Shown here: piece after piece, positions 19,142 to 27,781 of the stretch
Numbering within the stretch: the stretch's first letter is position 1
Layout of the letters: every line of letters begins with the position of its first letter
Assembly: GCA_900547125.1 (NCBI GenBank)
Contig: URFU01000001.1
Location: 7,731 to 71,730 of the forward strand
Reading direction: 5' to 3'
DNA length: 64,000 bases
DNA from: an uncultured Collinsella sp.
GTDB lineage: Bacteria > Actinomycetota > Coriobacteriia > Coriobacteriales > Coriobacteriaceae
The notes under the pieces: generated by a model
The model's database searches: none
What the model was told of the DNA's origin: nothing
The model's input: only the letters and a program-made list of their open reading frames with translations
Translations under genes and position numbers: made by a program

Positions 19142-20902
19142 ATGGAATCGATCGTTAAGTTCTTGGAGAAAGGTCAGCCGTACTTCGACAAGGTCTCTAA
19201 GAACATCTACCTTCAGGCCATTAAAGACGGCTTTTTGGCAGCAATGCCCATCATCCTGTCTTCTTCTGTCTTCCTGCTTATTTCGACCCTGCCGGGCGTT
19301 GTCGCCACGGTCGGCGGCTTTACGCTGCCCGACTGGTGGAACGTCGACGTCGTGAACTTCTGCAACAAGGTTTACAACTTCACGATGGGCGTCGTGGGCA
19401 TCATGGTCGCCGGCACCACCGCAAGCGCGCTGACCGGCTCCAAGAACCGCCGCATGCCTGCCGGCAAGGCCATCAACGCCACGAGCACCATGGTCGCCGC
19501 CATGTGCGCTATGCTCATCTTGGCCGTTACCCAGACGAGTGCCAAGATCGACGGCGCCGATGTCTCGGTGTTCTTTACCGACAACATGGGCACCAAGGGC
19601 CTGCTGAGCTCCTTTGTCGCCGCATTTGCCACGGTCAACATCTATGCCTTCTGCATTAAGCGCGACATCACCATCAAGCTGCCCAAAGAAGTCCCCGGCG
19701 CCATCGCCCAGAACTTCCGCGACATCTTCGCCTTCAGCTTCTCCATCCTGTTTGTCGCCGTCATCGACGTTATCTGCCGCACCTGCTTGGCCGTCCCGTT
19801 TGCCAACGTCATCTCCACGCTGGTGAGCCCGCTGTTCGCCGCCGCCGATTCCTACGCCGGCCTCGCCCTCATCTGGTTCATGATCCCGCTGTTCTGGTTC
19901 ATGGGCATCCACGGCCCCTCGGTCGTTAAGCCTGCCCTCAACGCTGCGCTGTTTGGCAACATCACCACCAACCTCGCCACGCTGCAGGCCGGCGGTCACC
20001 CCGCCCTCGCCCTGACCGAGAACTTCGGTAACTACATCGGCGAACTCGGCGGCACCGGCGCCACGTTCATTGTCCCGATCATTTTCCTGCTCTTTATGCG
20101 CTCCAAGCAGCTCAAGGCCGTCGGCAAAGCCTCTGTCGTACCCGTGATGTTCGCCGTCAACGAGCCGCTGCTGTTCGCCGCGCCCATCATCCTCAACCCG
20201 TACTTCCTGATCCCGTTCCTGTTTGCCCCCGTGGCCAACGTCCTCATTGGTAAGTTCTTCATCGACTTTTTGGGCATGAACGGCTTTATCTATGCCATGC
20301 CGTGGGCACTCCCCGGACCGATCGGCACCTTCATCGACACCAACTTCCAGCCGATTTCTCTGGTCCTGGTTGTCGTCCTGCTGGTCGTTGACTTCTTGAT
20401 CTACTACCCGTTCTGCAAGGCCTACGACAACGTCCTGTGCAAGCAGGAGGCCGAGACCCTGGCCGAAGAAGAGGCCGAGGAGACCAAGGCCGTCAAGACC
20501 GCTGCCGCCCCCGCCGTTGAGGCTCCCGTTGTCGAGACCGCTTCTGCCACTGAGGCCTCCGCAGCTCCGTCCGCCCTTAAGGGCAAGGATCTGAGGGTTC
20601 TGGTTCTGTGCGCTGGCGCCGGCACCTCTGCACTGCTCGCCAACGCGCTTAAGGAAGGCGCCGACGAGCTGGGCATCGACATTACCGCCAACGCCGGTGC
20701 CTACGGCAGCCACTACGCCATCATGGACCAGTACAACGTCATCGTCCTGGCTCCGCAGGTTCGCACCTATTACAACGAGATGAAGGCCGACACCGACCGC
20801 CTGGGCATCACGCTGCTGTCGCCCAAGGGCAAACAGTACATCGACCTCACTAAGGATCCCAAGGGTGCCGTCGCCTGGATCGAGGAAAACCTCGAGGCAT
20901 AA
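19142..20902 (+). CDS. PTS lactose-family IICB, module 2.
   Basis: Paralog of 12599..14374 (MESIVKFLEKGQPYFDKVSKNIYLQAIKDGF…) with a C-terminal IIB domain (RVLVLCAGAGTSALLA). RBS AGGAG. Confidence 0.9.
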   Translation: MESIVKFLEKGQPYFDKVSKNIYLQAIKDGFLAAMPIILSSSVFLLISTLPGVVATVGGFTLPDWWNVDVVNFCNKVYNFTMGVVGIMVAGTTASALTGSKNRRMPAGKAINATSTMVAAMCAMLILAVTQTSAKIDGADVSVFFTDNMGTKGLLSSFVAAFATVNIYAFCIKRDITIKLPKEVPGAIAQNFRDIFAFSFSILFVAVIDVICRTCLAVPFANVISTLVSPLFAAADSYAGLALIWFMIPLFWFMGIHGPSVVKPALNAALFGNITTNLATLQAGGHPALALTENFGNYIGELGGTGATFIVPIIFLLFMRSKQLKAVGKASVVPVMFAVNEPLLFAAPIILNPYFLIPFLFAPVANVLIGKFFIDFLGMNGFIYAMPWALPGPIGTFIDTNFQPISLVLVVVLLVVDFLIYYPFCKAYDNVLCKQEAETLAEEEAEETKAVKTAAAPAVEAPVVETASATEASAAPSALKGKDLRVLVLCAGAGTSALLANALKEGADELGIDITANAGAYGSHYAIMDQYNVIVLAPQVRTYYNEMKADTDRLGITLLSPKGKQYIDLTKDPKGAVAWIEENLEA

Positions 20903-20937
20903 TACGCTGACGCCACCTGCCGCTCGCAGAAAATAAT

Positions 20938-20978
20938 GGCCCGCGCATCGATGTGTGATGCGCGGGCCATTTTGTTTA
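20938..20978 (+). terminator. Rho-independent terminator after IICB2.
   Basis: ggcccgcgcatc gatgtgt gatgcgcgggcc followed by attttgttt. Confidence 0.65.
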
Positions 20979-20993
20979 GACCGCACCCGTCCT

Positions 20994-21064
20994 CCTGTTC
21001 ATCTCAATCTGTAACATCTAGCCGAGTTTTCGGGTCCCACCTGTTACAGATTGAGATGAACAGG
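20994..21064. repeat. Palindromic hairpin element family A, single unit.
   Basis: cctgttcatctcaatctgtaaca[tctagccgagttttcgggtcccacc]tgttacagattgagatgaacagg. The arms are perfect over 23 bp. Confidence 0.85.
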
Positions 21065-21074
21065 CCGAGCACGT

Positions 21075-22076
21075 CTACACCCGCAGGTCCTTTACGCTGG
21101 AACGCTCGACCAACACACCCGAGACAAGCGTACGGCTTCTGGAGCTCGGGGCTTCCAGACCTGCGACGACCTCGTTAAGCGCACGGATGCCCAGCTCGCG
21201 GTGGCGAAACTTCACCGACGTCAGAATCGAGTTGGGAATCGTCTTGTAGAGCTCATCGTCGAAGCCGATCACGGACACGTCGTCGGGCACACTCAGACCC
21301 TTGTCACGTAGAGCCATCATCACGCCGTTTGCCATGCAGTCGTTAGCAGCGAGGACCGCCGTACAATCGGGTTTATCGGCAAGCACAAGGCCCGCGGCAT
21401 AGCCACTATCCGCATTCCAATCGCCTTGCAGAGGCTCGGGCGGCTCAATGCCACGCGCCTCGAGTGCCGCACGCCAACCTTTCATACGACACTGGCTCGA
21501 CAGCGACTCTTTCTTACCAGAGACGAAGTATACGTTCTTGTGCCCACGATTTAAGAAGTACTCGCACGCCATGCGCGCACCACCCTCTTGATCGTCACTA
21601 ACGGTAGAGCAGGTAGGATGCTCCATCGGCGTGATAATCACCGTCTTGAGGCCCTTCGGTGCCTCAAAGGTATCAAAGTCATCGACCATCTGACGCAGGT
21701 TGAAGATCATGCCATCAACAGGCAGTTGCGACATCCTACGCGCCGCTTCGGCAAGGGTCATCTTCTCCCCCGCGCGCTTCTTAATCATCGTAAGCGCAAA
21801 ACCGCGTTCTTCGGCGGCATCGGCGATACCGTCAATCATGTCCACGGCACCGCCCGACAAGTGGAACAGCACCACGCCGATGCACCCGTAACGACCCAAT
21901 TTGAGCGAACGCGCGGCAAAGTTGGTTCGAAACCCGAGCGCCTCCATTGCGGAATGAACCTTATCGCGTGTCGACTCTCGCACGCTATCGGGCTCGTTGA
22001 TCACACGCGAAACCGTCTTGAGAGAAACACCCGCAGCAATCGCCACGTCGTTCATTGAGACATTTTTCTTGTCCAT
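21075..22076 (-). CDS. LacI-family repressor, module 3.
   Basis: HTH MNDVAIAAGVSLKTVSRVINE. Likely start at MDKKNVS (cat 22074-22076). The ORF track extends to 22154. Confidence 0.8.
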   Translation of the reverse strand: MDKKNVSMNDVAIAAGVSLKTVSRVINEPDSVRESTRDKVHSAMEALGFRTNFAARSLKLGRYGCIGVVLFHLSGGAVDMIDGIADAAEERGFALTMIKKRAGEKMTLAEAARRMSQLPVDGMIFNLRQMVDDFDTFEAPKGLKTVIITPMEHPTCSTVSDDQEGGARMACEYFLNRGHKNVYFVSGKKESLSSQCRMKGWRAALEARGIEPPEPLQGDWNADSGYAAGLVLADKPDCTAVLAANDCMANGVMMALRDKGLSVPDDVSVIGFDDELYKTIPNSILTSVKFRHRELGIRALNEVVAGLEAPSSRSRTLVSGVLVERSSVKDLRV

Positions 22077-22215
22077 CGTTGCCACTACTTCTCCAGTCGG
22101 TTTTGCATCGCTTGCTTTTTGCGTTCTAGCATACACTACCTGCCCGACTGACAAATCAGCCGTTTATCGGACGATATCGACCGTTCACCTGTAAATCCTT
22201 GTTGCTCTTCCAAAA

Positions 22216-22262
22216 ATGTCTTACGTTGTCATTAACGAAATGACAACGTTGTCATTTCGCAA
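22216..22262. promoter_or_regulatory. Perfect palindromic operator TGACAACGTTGTCA plus a flanking half-site.
   Basis: tgacaacgttgtca at 22241-22254, and ttacgttgtca at 22221-22231. Confidence 0.6.
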
Positions 22263-22360
22263 TGCCTTCCTTAATCAGGAAGGTTTCCGGGCAGTCCTGA
22301 CCATCCATCGACGACCAGTTCCATCCACATGCATCGCGCATCAAGTAGCAAAGGAGCTTT

Positions 22361-24139
22361 ATGGACGCCATCGTAAAGATGCTCGAAAAGCATCAGCCGT
22401 TCTTTGAGAAGATCTCGAGGAACATCTACCTCCAGGCTATTAAGGACGGATTCCTTGGGTGCATGCCCATCGTCCTCACCTCTTCGATCTTTCTGCTGAT
22501 CGCCACGCTTCCCGGCGTGGTCGGCATCACGCTGCCCCAGCCGCTCATCGACTGGTGCAACAAGCTGTACAACTTCACCATGGGCGTCATGGGCATCATG
22601 GTTGCCGGCACCACCGCCAAGAACTTTACGGCTTCCATGAACCGTCGCATGCCCGCCGGCAAGGTGCTCAACGACGGCTCCACCATGGTTGCCGCCCAGT
22701 GCAGCATGCTGCTGCTCGCCGTTACGCAGTTCACCACCAAGTTCAACGGCTCCGAGCTTTCTGTCTTCGATTGCACCAGCATGGGTACGCGCGGTCTGTT
22801 CTCGGCCTATATCGCCGCGTTCATTACCGTGTGGGTCTATAAGTACTGCGTCTCGCGCGATCTGACCATTAAGCTGCCCAAGGAGGTTCCGGGCGCCATC
22901 GCACAGAACTTCCGCGACATCATCCCCTTCGGTGGCGCTGTCATCATTTGCGGCATCATCGATGTGGTTGTGCGCAACCTCATGGGCGTTCCGTTCTCCG
23001 AGCTGCTTATCAAACTGCTCTCCCCGCTCTTCACTGCGGCAGAGACCTACCCCGGACTCATCCTTATTCAGGCGGCCACCGCGTTCTTCTGGTTCATCGG
23101 CGTCCACGGCCCCTCGATTGTCCAGCCGGGCATCGACCCCATCCGTCTTGCCAACCAGGCCGAGAACCTGCAGGTTCTGCTGGCAGGCGGCCACCCCGCA
23201 CACTCCCTCACCTTTAACATGTCGCTCGTGGGTGAGTTCGGCGGCACCGGCGCCACGTTCATCGTGCCGCTTCTGCTGATTCTCTTTATGAAGTCCAAGC
23301 AGCTCAAAGCCGTCGGTAAGGCCTCGATTGTTCCTGTTGCCTTCGCCGTCAACGAACCGCTGCTCTTTGGCGCGCCGATGATCCTTAACCCTTACATGCT
23401 CATCCCCTTTGTTGCCGCCGGCTGCGTCAACGTAAGCGTTGCCAAGTTCTTTATCGACAATGTGGGCATGAACGGCTTCTCCTTCGTGGTGCCTTGGGCC
23501 ACCCCTGCCCCCATCGGCATCTTCATCACCACGAACTTCCAGCTTATCGCCCTGGTATTTGTTGCAATCATCATCTTGCTGGACGCCATCATCTACCTGC
23601 CGTTCTTGAAGGCATACGATAAGCTGCTCTGCGACCAGGAGGCCGAGCGCGCCGCCGAGCTGGGTCTCGAGTCCGATGGTGCCGCTGCCATCGCCGCCAA
23701 CGCCCCTGCGCCCGCTGTCGAGCAGACCACCGCTTCCGTCGAGACGACCGCTGCCGCCGCCGGCAGCGAGCCTGTCGCCGATCAGCCCGAGCCCGCTGCC
23801 GATGCATCCGCCAAGAAGGATGTCGACGGCCTGAAGGTCCTCGTCCTGTGCGCCGGCGCCGGCACCTCTGCCATGCTTGCCAATGCCATCAAGGAAGGTG
23901 CCGCGCAGACCGGAGAGAACATCGCTTCCTCCGCAGGCGCCTATGGCCAGCACACTGCCATCATGGATCAGTACGATGTCATCGTGCTCGCCCCGCAGGT
24001 TCGTAGCTACTACAACGACATGAAGGCCGACACCGATCGTCTGGGCATTAAGCTGCTCGCTCCGCGCGGCAAGGAATATATCGACCTTACTCGCGACCCC
24101 GCTGGCGCCATCAAGTGGCTCCGCGAGAACCTCGACTAG
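22361..24139 (+). CDS. PTS lactose-family IICB, module 3.
   Basis: MDAIVKMLEKHQPFFEKISRNIYLQAIKDGF…, C-terminal IIB (LKVLVLCAGAGTSAMLA). RBS AAGGAG. Confidence 0.9.
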   Translation: MDAIVKMLEKHQPFFEKISRNIYLQAIKDGFLGCMPIVLTSSIFLLIATLPGVVGITLPQPLIDWCNKLYNFTMGVMGIMVAGTTAKNFTASMNRRMPAGKVLNDGSTMVAAQCSMLLLAVTQFTTKFNGSELSVFDCTSMGTRGLFSAYIAAFITVWVYKYCVSRDLTIKLPKEVPGAIAQNFRDIIPFGGAVIICGIIDVVVRNLMGVPFSELLIKLLSPLFTAAETYPGLILIQAATAFFWFIGVHGPSIVQPGIDPIRLANQAENLQVLLAGGHPAHSLTFNMSLVGEFGGTGATFIVPLLLILFMKSKQLKAVGKASIVPVAFAVNEPLLFGAPMILNPYMLIPFVAAGCVNVSVAKFFIDNVGMNGFSFVVPWATPAPIGIFITTNFQLIALVFVAIIILLDAIIYLPFLKAYDKLLCDQEAERAAELGLESDGAAAIAANAPAPAVEQTTASVETTAAAAGSEPVADQPEPAADASAKKDVDGLKVLVLCAGAGTSAMLANAIKEGAAQTGENIASSAGAYGQHTAIMDQYDVIVLAPQVRSYYNDMKADTDRLGIKLLAPRGKEYIDLTRDPAGAIKWLRENLD

Positions 24140-24214
24140 TTCCTCCCTCTGTTGGTGCCCGGATCCCCAGTTCGGGCACCTCTCCCTATTCGTATCCCAC
24201 AGAAAGGATGACTC

Positions 24215-25636
24215 ATGACCAACCCCATGCAGTTCCCCGACGGCTTTGTGTTTGGCGGCGCCACCGCCGCTTACCAGGTTGAGGGCGAGACCCGCACGCA
24301 CGGCAAGGGCAAAGTGCCCTGGGACGATTTCCTGGCTGCTCAGGGTCGCTTCTCCCCCGACCCCGCAAGCGATTTCTACAACAAGTATCCGGTCGATATC
24401 GACTTGTGCCAGCGCTTTGGCATCAACGGTATTCGCGTCTCCATCGCTTGGAGCCGTATCTTCCCCAGTGGCACCGGCGAGATTAACCCCGAGGGCGTCG
24501 CTTTCTATCACGAGCTTTTCGCCACCTGCAACAAAGCTGGCGTTATCCCCTATGTCACGCTCGATCACTTTGACACGCCCGAGGCCTTCTACCAGGACGG
24601 CGGCGAGGGCTTCCTGACGCGCACGACCATCGACGCCTTCGTCGAGTACGCCAAGTTCTGCTTTGCCGAGTTCACCGAGGTCAAGCACTGGTTTACCTTT
24701 AACGAGATTCCCGCAACCGCCGAGGGCAGCTTTATCGTCGGCAACTGGCCGCACGGCGAGAAGTACCGCCTGGACAAGGCCTTCCAGCTCATGCACAACA
24801 TGATGGTGGCCCACGCCAAGGCTGTCGTCGCCTTCCATGAGGGCGGCTTTGAGGGCGAGATCGGCATTGTCCAGAACCTGGAGCCCAAGTATCCCCTCGA
24901 CCCCAACAACGCCGCCGACTGCGAGGCAGCTCGCATGGCCGACGTCATCAACAACCGCTGGGTACTCGACGCCACCTTCCGCGGCCACTATGCAGCCGAC
25001 ACCATGGAGGCTGCGACCAAGCTGGCCCATATCGCCGGCGGCGAGCTCGACGTCCGCGACGAGGACATCGCCGCGCTGACCGCCGCGCTCCCCTACAACG
25101 ATTGCCTGGGCGTCAACACCTACAAGTGCCAGTTCCTGCGTGCCGCCGAGGGCGAAAACGACATCAACCACAATGGCACCGGCGACAAGGGCTCCTCGCG
25201 CTGGTTCCTCAAGGGCGTGGGCGAGTCATGCGTGCGCGAAGGCGTACCCACCACCGATTGGGACTGGATCATCTATCCCGAGGGCCTCTACGACCTGCTG
25301 CTCCGCATTAAGAACGATTACCCCAACTACAAGAAGATCTACATCACCGAGAACGGCATGGGCTATAAGGACGACTTCGAGGATGGCTTTATCGACGACG
25401 CCCCTCGCATCGACTACATGCGTCAGCATCTCGCATGGATCCTCAAGGCAATCGACGGCGGCGTAAACGTCGACGGTTACTTTGTGTGGTCGCTGCAGGA
25501 CCAGTTCTCCTGGACCAACGGCTATAACAAGCGTTACGGCCTGTTCTACATCGACTTTGAGACCCAGAAGCGCTACCCCAAGGCGAGCGCGTACTGGTAC
25601 AAGAACGTCGCGGAGACCGGCCTGCTTATGGCCTAA
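24215..25636 (+). CDS. GH1 6-phospho-beta-galactosidase, module 3.
   Basis: Very close to lacG1: FVFGGATAAYQVEGETRTHGKGKV, YITENGMGYKDD, SWTNGYNKRYGLFYIDFETQKRYPK. Confidence 0.85.
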   Translation: MTNPMQFPDGFVFGGATAAYQVEGETRTHGKGKVPWDDFLAAQGRFSPDPASDFYNKYPVDIDLCQRFGINGIRVSIAWSRIFPSGTGEINPEGVAFYHELFATCNKAGVIPYVTLDHFDTPEAFYQDGGEGFLTRTTIDAFVEYAKFCFAEFTEVKHWFTFNEIPATAEGSFIVGNWPHGEKYRLDKAFQLMHNMMVAHAKAVVAFHEGGFEGEIGIVQNLEPKYPLDPNNAADCEAARMADVINNRWVLDATFRGHYAADTMEAATKLAHIAGGELDVRDEDIAALTAALPYNDCLGVNTYKCQFLRAAEGENDINHNGTGDKGSSRWFLKGVGESCVREGVPTTDWDWIIYPEGLYDLLLRIKNDYPNYKKIYITENGMGYKDDFEDGFIDDAPRIDYMRQHLAWILKAIDGGVNVDGYFVWSLQDQFSWTNGYNKRYGLFYIDFETQKRYPKASAYWYKNVAETGLLMA

Positions 25637-25658
25637 CTTTTGCCGCATACCCCCTGTC

Positions 25659-25708
25659 GGCCGCATGCGAATCCCTCCACGGGTTCGTATGCGGCCTTTT
25701 TTGTTTTT
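25659..25708 (+). terminator. Rho-independent terminator after bgl3.
   Basis: ggccgcatgcgaa…ttcgtatgcggcc followed by ttttttgttttt. Confidence 0.65.
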
Positions 25709-25725
25709 GGTGAGCCCGTGCGGGC

Positions 25726-25870
25726 CGTTTGTCTCGATCTGTAACATCTAGCCAAGTATTTCGGCCCTAGCTGTTACAGATCAAGACAAACAGAGCGCCC
25801 GAGCAGAAATATCTCAATCTGTAACACGTAGCCCACTTTTAACCGTCTACCTGTTACAGATCAAGACAAT
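25726..25870. repeat. Palindromic hairpin element family A, two tandem units.
   Basis: ccgtttgtctcgatctgtaaca[tctagccaagtatttcggccctagc]tgttacagatcaagacaaacag, then atctcaatctgtaaca[cgtagcccacttttaaccgtctacc]tgttacagatcaagacaat. Confidence 0.85.
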
Positions 25871-25921
25871 AAGATAGTCAAATCCAAACTTTCCAAGCAG
25901 TTATGAAGCATGGTTTCTAGT

Positions 25922-25996
25922 TTTCGGTATCACGAACATGCTTTCGGTGTCATTTAATGGTATTATGATATCGAAAGTATGTTCGTGATACCGAAA
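25922..25996. promoter_or_regulatory. Dyad-symmetric promoter/operator of the Fic gene.
   Basis: 18-bp perfect inverted repeat tttcggtatcacgaacat / atgttcgtgataccgaaa. It brackets a nested imperfect inverted repeat and a TATTAT(GAT) -10-like box. GAAAGGAG RBS follows. Confidence 0.55.
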
Positions 25997-26004
25997 GGAG
26001 CCGC

Positions 26005-27237
26005 ATGCGCCAGTTCGATTACACCACAGTCCCAGCGGAACTCGAGGCAACTCCAATCACCAACCTCCTCCTCTCGATACGCGAGCATAAAGGCCGACAG
26101 CTTGCTCTGAGTCAAGTTAAACCCGAACTTCTATCGTCACTTATGGAGGAAGCTAAGATCCAAAGCACCCAATCCTCCAACGGACTTGAAGGAATTGTTA
26201 CCACCCAAAAAAGACTCAAAGCAATCATGGCGTATTCCGCCAAGCCAAGCTCCCGCGCAGAGGAAGAAATCGCTGGATACCGAGATGTGCTGTCGCTTAT
26301 TCACGAGCAACACGATTCCATTCCCGTAACGCCATCGGTCATTTTGCAGTTGCATCGTGACCTCATGGCGCACACGGCAATCTCGTATGGGGGCCATTGG
26401 AAAGATAGCGATAACGAAATCATCTCCATCGACAATCAAGGCAATCGATTTGTGCGCTTTAGGCCGCCTTCGGCCCTAGCAACCCCCGGACTTATCGAAG
26501 AAGCCTGTCGGTCCCTCAACGACGCCTTATCTCGTCAAGTTTGCGACCCCCTCCTTATATCATTCCGCTTCATCTTCGATTTTGTCAGCATTCATCCCTT
26601 CAACGATGGCAATGGCAGGATGAGCCGGCTCCTTACAACGCTGCTACTCGAAAAGACTGGATACGACGTTGCGCGTTACATCAGCATCGAACGACTTATT
26701 GAAGACAACAAGGCGCTCTACTACAACGCCCTCGCTGCAAGCTCCACTGGATGGAATGAAAATCAAAACACCGAAGTACCCTTTATCCGTTTCATGCTCG
26801 GAACAACCCTGGCCGCCTACCGACAGCTCGAGCAGCGTACCTTAATTGAATCAAGCACTCGTCCCATGTCGAAGCAAGCGCGCATCGCTGTTCTATTTCA
26901 ACAGAGACCCGGCGTCATTAAGAAATCCGACATCCGATCCAACTGCCCCGATATCAGCGAGGTTACCGTTAAACGAACCCTCGGTCAGCTTGTTAGTTGC
27001 AGCGCAATCGAAAAAACAGGAGCGGGTCGTTCGACGGGCTACATACTCAAAGACGTCCATGCTCTAGAACTATTCTTGCAATCCACAATACCCGATAGCG
27101 AGGCCGCAATAACAAAAGAGGCTCCAAAGGATAAGCTCCTTGAACGTGTAAACCACGCCGAGGATGAAAGCAGAGAGGGGCTCTATGAAGACTACGATTC
27201 ATTCTCAAGGGACATAAAGACGAAATACGGAGTCTAG
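26005..27237 (+). CDS. Fic-family protein (class II, with N-terminal inhibitory helix), putative AMPylase, with a C-terminal winged-helix-like domain.
   Basis: Fic motif HPFNDGNGRMSRLL. Upstream inhibitory motif S-x-x-x-E-G (SSNGLEGI). GC is visibly lower than in neighbouring genes. Confidence 0.85.
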   Translation: MRQFDYTTVPAELEATPITNLLLSIREHKGRQLALSQVKPELLSSLMEEAKIQSTQSSNGLEGIVTTQKRLKAIMAYSAKPSSRAEEEIAGYRDVLSLIHEQHDSIPVTPSVILQLHRDLMAHTAISYGGHWKDSDNEIISIDNQGNRFVRFRPPSALATPGLIEEACRSLNDALSRQVCDPLLISFRFIFDFVSIHPFNDGNGRMSRLLTTLLLEKTGYDVARYISIERLIEDNKALYYNALAASSTGWNENQNTEVPFIRFMLGTTLAAYRQLEQRTLIESSTRPMSKQARIAVLFQQRPGVIKKSDIRSNCPDISEVTVKRTLGQLVSCSAIEKTGAGRSTGYILKDVHALELFLQSTIPDSEAAITKEAPKDKLLERVNHAEDESREGLYEDYDSFSRDIKTKYGV

Positions 27238-27278
27238 TCATATCCCAGAATAGCCTCATCCTTGTTGCCCAAAGTTAT

Positions 27279-27686
27279 TTACGCGTCATTGTGAAGCGAT
27301 AACCCCTGCGCCGGCAGGGGGGGGCAGAAGTATCGCCTGCCGATCTTGCTGGAGTCGGCGATGAGGTAGCGCGTATCGGCCTTGCTAAAGGCGAGCTGCT
27401 GGATGCGGCCCTCGTCCATATTGGACGTAGATACGTCACCGTCCAAGATGCCGTTGGCACCGATAAACGCCGCGTCAATGCCCAGCGCACGCAGGGTATC
27501 CTCGGCCGTGGGTCCCACAAAGGCGGCGGTGCGGCGACGGTACATGCCGCCTACCAGGCACAGGTCGCAGTCTTCGCGCGTCTCGAGCAGGTTAATCACC
27601 GAGAGCGAATTGGTCACATAGATGGAAGTCAGCTTGTCGGTGACTCGGAGAGAGCGCCAATGCGATCTCACGTCGGTTGCGCTCAT
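27279..27686 (-). pseudogene. Truncated duplicate of the DeoR-family regulator 31818..32609 (C-terminal sugar-binding domain only; no HTH).
   Basis: Protein VTNSLSVINLLETREDCDLCLVGGMYRRRTAAFVGPTAEDTLRALGIDAAFIGANGILDGDVSTSNMDEGRIQQLAFSKADTRYLIADSSKIG is nearly identical to the 31818 regulator. By eye, ~90% nucleotide identity over ~270 bp (27361-27625 vs 31951-32215). Confidence 0.7.
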
Positions 27687-27781
27687 TGTCTCAACTTGAT
27701 ACTCAACGAAATACGGCCCCGCAGCTCAATAAGCTGCGGGGCCCTACTATACACCGACGAATCAACGACGGAGTGCATCCA

